This document shows positions 31,301-34,188 of a DNA stretch of 34,188 bases, piece by piece (within the stretch, counting starts at the first letter, position 1; each line of letters opens with the position of its first letter). Source of the DNA: Macrostomum lignano (Eukaryota); NCBI GenBank assembly GCA_002269645.1, contig NIVC01004822.1, forward strand, positions 1 to 34,188. Direction: 5' to 3'. The notes under the pieces were generated by a model, which searched no databases, was not told where the DNA came from, and saw only the letters and a program-made list of their open reading frames with translations. The translations under genes and the position numbers were made by a program.

Positions 31301-34188
31301 CCCTCCCGGGTACCAGCGGTTAAACACTGGTAGCCGGTGGGGACATGTTGGGGGCTGCCCCTAAGCGTCCAAGGTTCCTGGATAAGGATAATCCCTGGCA
31401 CGTATTGGTCAGTGTGCTTCAAGAGGTTGACTGAAGCAGCAATGCTGTGCTGCAGGTTGACCTGCAAGCAGTGGATGCCCTGGGAGACAGTCATGTCTAC
31501 TGTCCAGGGGAGGAGAAAAGCAACTCATTCTCAGCCTCATCGGTGAGAGTTGAGTCGCCAATTTCCATTGGCTCAGGCTCAGCCGCCTCCCCAGCCGCCG
31601 CGGAGGCGGACACGGCGCCCACGGCAGGTGAGTCACCTAGCCGCGCTACACCGCCCTCCTCCCCAGCGACTGGGGTACGGCTGCTGCCTTCGCCTTGCGC
31701 CCCGCCGTCGGGAGTCTGAGCTCGGCCGGCAGCGTCCTCCTGGTGGTAATCCCACCAGTTGGAAGGCTGAGCCGTGCCGTCGTCCAGTTCCCTCGGCTGG
31801 CTTTCAGTGTTTTTTCGAGCGGCACGAGTCTGCTCGAGGTGAAGTCTCAGAGACTGAGCTTCGTCAAGTGCGCGCTGGATTAGACCGGACCGCCGGCTAC
31901 TGCGGGCGGGTCTACGTCCGCGCGAGGCGGACTCAGCAGCGCGAATAGCCTTGTTAGGCTCGGGATCGGGTTGCTGCTGCCGCTTGGCCGGCGGGGCATG
32001 AGCCCCAGCTCCGGGAGCGGCGCGCTTCCCGTCTTTCTTGGTCTCCACCTTGCCCTCCTCACAGCGGAGGATGGTCAGTTGATGGAGACCAAGGTGGAGG
32101 TTTGTGCCGTGCGGTAGCCGCTTGGCCCATCCCTCCGTCAGGCCGAGGATGACTGTGGCCCCGGTCGTGCCCTTGCGGACCGTGCTGTGGTACACAAGAC
32201 CACTGGCGTCGAGATCCGGGTGCCGCTTGAGCAGGAGCTGCCGCAGCTGCTCCCCGGACTTGATTGCACTGTCGGCCGGGACCCAAATCCGATGGCGGAT
32301 GGTCTTCGGCCGCTCGCTCTCCAAGGCGAAGGTCAGCTGGCCCAGGTCGCTGTGCCAGTCGAACTTGGGCAGCTGATCCCGCAGGAGCTGGGTGCTCTCC
32401 TCGGATTTGCACCACAGTAGGATGCACCCGTTCGCCTTGGTGGACTTGACGATGTCCACGAAGACGCCCTCCAGGGTTAGATTGAGCAAGCCCTCGTCGA
32501 TGGTACGCCACGCGACGTCGAGCTGCTCGGGCGTCAGGTCGAAATCCCCGCCGAGGATCATCACGGCGGGTTGCAGCGGCTGCTTGACCTTGGACGCGTA
32601 GGACTCGGAGGTCTTGAGCGGGGCCGCTTTGTCTTTGGAAGGCGGTAGGCCGGCAGGGTTGCCCCCCTGAGAGCCCGAGGACACGGCGGTTCCTGACGGC
32701 CCAGCCGCGCCACCGGACTCCCCAGAGGGCCTCCCCGCTGCGGTGGCTCCCGAAGGCCTCACCGCGGCTTGCGTGCCCTCCTCAGACGCAGCAGCAGCCC
32801 GCTTCTCCTGCCGCTTACGGTTGCGGCGGATGTTCCGCTGTCGTCGAGACTCGGCCGTGCGCGGTCGGCTAGACTGGCGGCCAGGGTGATCGGCGGCAGC
32901 GTCAGCTGGCCCGGTTGGACCAGGTTGGGCGTTGGTGCTACCAGTGGTAGCTACCGGAGCGGCTGATCCCGGTGAGCCAGAGGCGACCGGGTCAGTTTCT
33001 TTAGGGATGGTGGCGTTAGTGGCCATAGCTGAAAAGCGGGGAGGGCTACTCGTTATGCGAGTTGAGTACCCGACTGGCCGACACCTCAAGCCAGCCGGTT
33101 TGAAAAAAGGACCGCTAGCGACCGGACTACTCCCCGGCCTTCCAGCCCATCGGCACGGTCAAACACCTTAGGCATTAGAGGGTACGTTAAGCAGTACCAC
33201 GGCCTGCAGGCTGGTGAGCCAGACCCGCATACCCAAATTCGGCCGAAGCCACTGGATAGGGTCGCCAGCGCCGGAGCCCAGTCTGTCCAGCAGCCCTAGG
33301 GTCTGCCTTGAACACACGCGGGGACGAGTACCCCTGGGTCGACTTGCGAGACAGCGTGGGGGAGTCTGCGGCTGCCAGAGGCAAATAGAGGGTGCAGACC
33401 TCCCACCAGCCTTGACCTGCTGAAGATGGGGGCAGGCGTGAAGCATCGCAGACCTTAGCTCGTAGGCCTAGTCTGTCTCATACTTCACTGGCATGCTGAA
33501 TACGCCTTCGCGTGCAGCATACGGGTTAGTTTTGCCATTATACTACTCGATTTTTTGTTTATAAGTAGCGTAGTATCTGGTATGAATAACATGATTTTCG
33601 ATACATATCGGCCAAAGAACACTTGTAGAGAATTCTTAAGATAGTTTATTTTCCAAAAAATCCGGTATATTTTTTATATTATTTTCGATACATATCGGGT
33701 GTTAATTTTCATTTAATAGTTTAGTTTGGTTTATGAAATTATTTTTAGTAAAAAACATAAGATTGCTAAATTTGCTGTTCACACTACTTGATAACTTGTC
33801 CTTGTAAGTAGTTTAGTTTGAATATATGTTTTATAAATATGTATCGAATATATGCTTTTCGATACATATCGGCTATTTATTGCTATCAACCTTTATTGTC
33901 CGCAGGCGAGAAGCCATTCCAATGCGCTATTTGCGGTCGGTCTTTCTCATTGAAGCACAACGTTCGCAAGCACATGAACTCGCACAGGATCTGGCCCGCA
34001 GCGACACAGCGCCCCCGCCTGCTGCTACATCTTCATCTCCAGCTCCCGCTGAGGCTGCTGCACCGAATTCGGCATCTGCTGGTCAGCCTTCGACTGTTGT
34101 CGACACCGCGTCGGGTGTCGAGGCAGCAACCGGTCAATCGTCGTTGCTATGGCAACAGAGTCGACTCGCCAAGTGTTCCAGCCGACGC
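25370..34188 (+). CDS. ZNF341: ZNF341-like C2H2 zinc-finger gene (partial); exons 25370-25732, 26677-27679, 33906 to window end; intron 2 interrupted by the LINE
   Basis: N-terminal [26 protein letters not shown] finger. The spliced join gives HMRKHTG|[30 protein letters not shown], matching from memory human ZNF341 [33 protein letters not shown]. Splice phases 0 and 1 are compatible. Confidence 0.8.
26393..26640 (-). mobile_element. tRNA-derived CORE-type SINE, copy 2 (ZNF341 intron 1)
   Basis: A box (fwd 26623-26633), B box (fwd 26580-26589), CORE-like segment; aligns by eye with 18812-19129. Confidence 0.85.
27214..27429 (+). repeat. coding 9-bp repeat (GGTCATCAR)x24 = (GHQ)24 in ZNF341 exon 2
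   Basis: 216 nt, in frame, 24 tripeptide units (variants GNQ, DHQ). Confidence 0.95.
27791..31494 (-). CDS. LINE ORF2 pol (APE endonuclease, reverse transcriptase, RNase H, C-terminal CCHC), ~1234 aa, split by one 1-nt deletion at ~30588-30590
   Basis: APE: [32 protein letters not shown]: [18 protein letters not shown]. RNase H: [38 protein letters not shown]8-H-X4-C. Adding one C (GCCCATGG to GCCCCATGG) restores the typical PWWN motif and joins ORFs 30487-31494 and 27791-30361. Confidence 0.93.
31497..33026 (-). CDS. LINE ORF1 (gag-like, 509 aa from ATG 33026; central DUF4780-like region)
   Basis: Long ORF immediately upstream of ORF2, with a basic N-terminal stretch, SYASKVK, and [20 protein letters not shown] resembling LOA-clade ORF1 (recognised by eye); no CCHC knuckle seen. 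Confidence 0.85.
   Translation of the reverse strand: MATNATIPKETDPVASGSPGSAAPVATTGSTNAQPGPTGPADAAADHPGRQSSRPRTAESRRQRNIRRNRKRQEKRAAAASEEGTQAAVRPSGATAAGRPSGESGGAAGPSGTAVSSGSQGGNPAGLPPSKDKAAPLKTSESYASKVKQPLQPAVMILGGDFDLTPEQLDVAWRTIDEGLLNLTLEGVFVDIVKSTKANGCILLWCKSEESTQLLRDQLPKFDWHSDLGQLTFALESERPKTIRHRIWVPADSAIKSGEQLRQLLLKRHPDLDASGLVYHSTVRKGTTGATVILGLTEGWAKRLPHGTNLHLGLHQLTILRCEEGKVETKKDGKRAAPGAGAHAPPAKRQQQPDPEPNKAIRAAESASRGRRPARSSRRSGLIQRALDEAQSLRLHLEQTRAARKNTESQPRELDDGTAQPSNWWDYHQEDAAGRAQTPDGGAQGEGSSRTPVAGEEGGVARLGDSPAVGAVSASAAAGEAAEPEPMEIGDSTLTDEAENELLFSSPGQ
33277..33515 (-). ncRNA. HDV-like (delta-like) self-cleaving ribozyme forming the exact 5' end of the LINE
   Basis: P1 GCACGCG (33515-33509)/CGCGUGU (33320-33314) with G1.U wobble; P2 CCCAG (33338-33334)/CUGGG (33281-33277); P3 GGG/CCC; L3 UACUCGU; P1.1 AC/GU; P4 GGCAG..CUGCU; J4/2 C-A-G-A (catalytic C at 33285). 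Predicted cleavage site coincides with the TSD boundary. Confidence 0.88.

Larger units (their letters stand above)
27683..33515 (-). mobile_element. full-length non-LTR retrotransposon (LOA/Lian-like, RNase H-containing) with 12-bp TSD AGCATACGGGTT
   Basis: TSD at 27671-27682 and 33516-33527; 5'UTR with ribozyme; ORF1; ORF2 APE-RT-RNaseH-CCHC; short (AAGTC)-type 3' tail. Clade assignment is inferred from domain order. Confidence 0.95.

Noticed and set aside
27932-33171. Numerous + strand and alternate-frame ORFs within the LINE
   Set aside because: Shadow ORFs of GC-rich coding sequence with no recognisable motifs.
33168-33446. 92-aa ORF in the LINE 5'UTR overlapping the ribozyme
   Set aside because: No protein motifs; the sequence is better explained by RNA structure constraints in GC-rich DNA.

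Overview
Eukaryotic (animal) genomic DNA; the satellite-stuffed introns suggest a free-living flatworm such as Macrostomum, but this is inference. There are three spliced + strand genes: extended synaptotagmin (7 exons, 6923-14671) followed by an orphan paralogous C2C exon (17274-17765), molybdenum cofactor sulfurase (19276-24544, one -1 frameshift) and a ZNF341-like zinc-finger gene (25370 to the window end). The main finding is a full-length 5.8-kb non-LTR retrotransposon on the - strand (27683-33515; ORF1 plus APE-RT-RNaseH-CCHC ORF2, LOA/Lian-like). Its first nucleotide is G1 of a complete HDV-like self-cleaving ribozyme fold with a non-canonical P1.1 and a ~170-nt J1/2 domain. It inserted on the ZNF341 splice donor: the 12-bp target-site duplication copies the exon/intron junction and leaves the exon with a crippled donor. 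Also present are two CORE-type tRNA-SINEs, a 5'-truncated retroelement with a 15-bp TSD, a ~180-bp foldback, and a tandem repeat in most introns.
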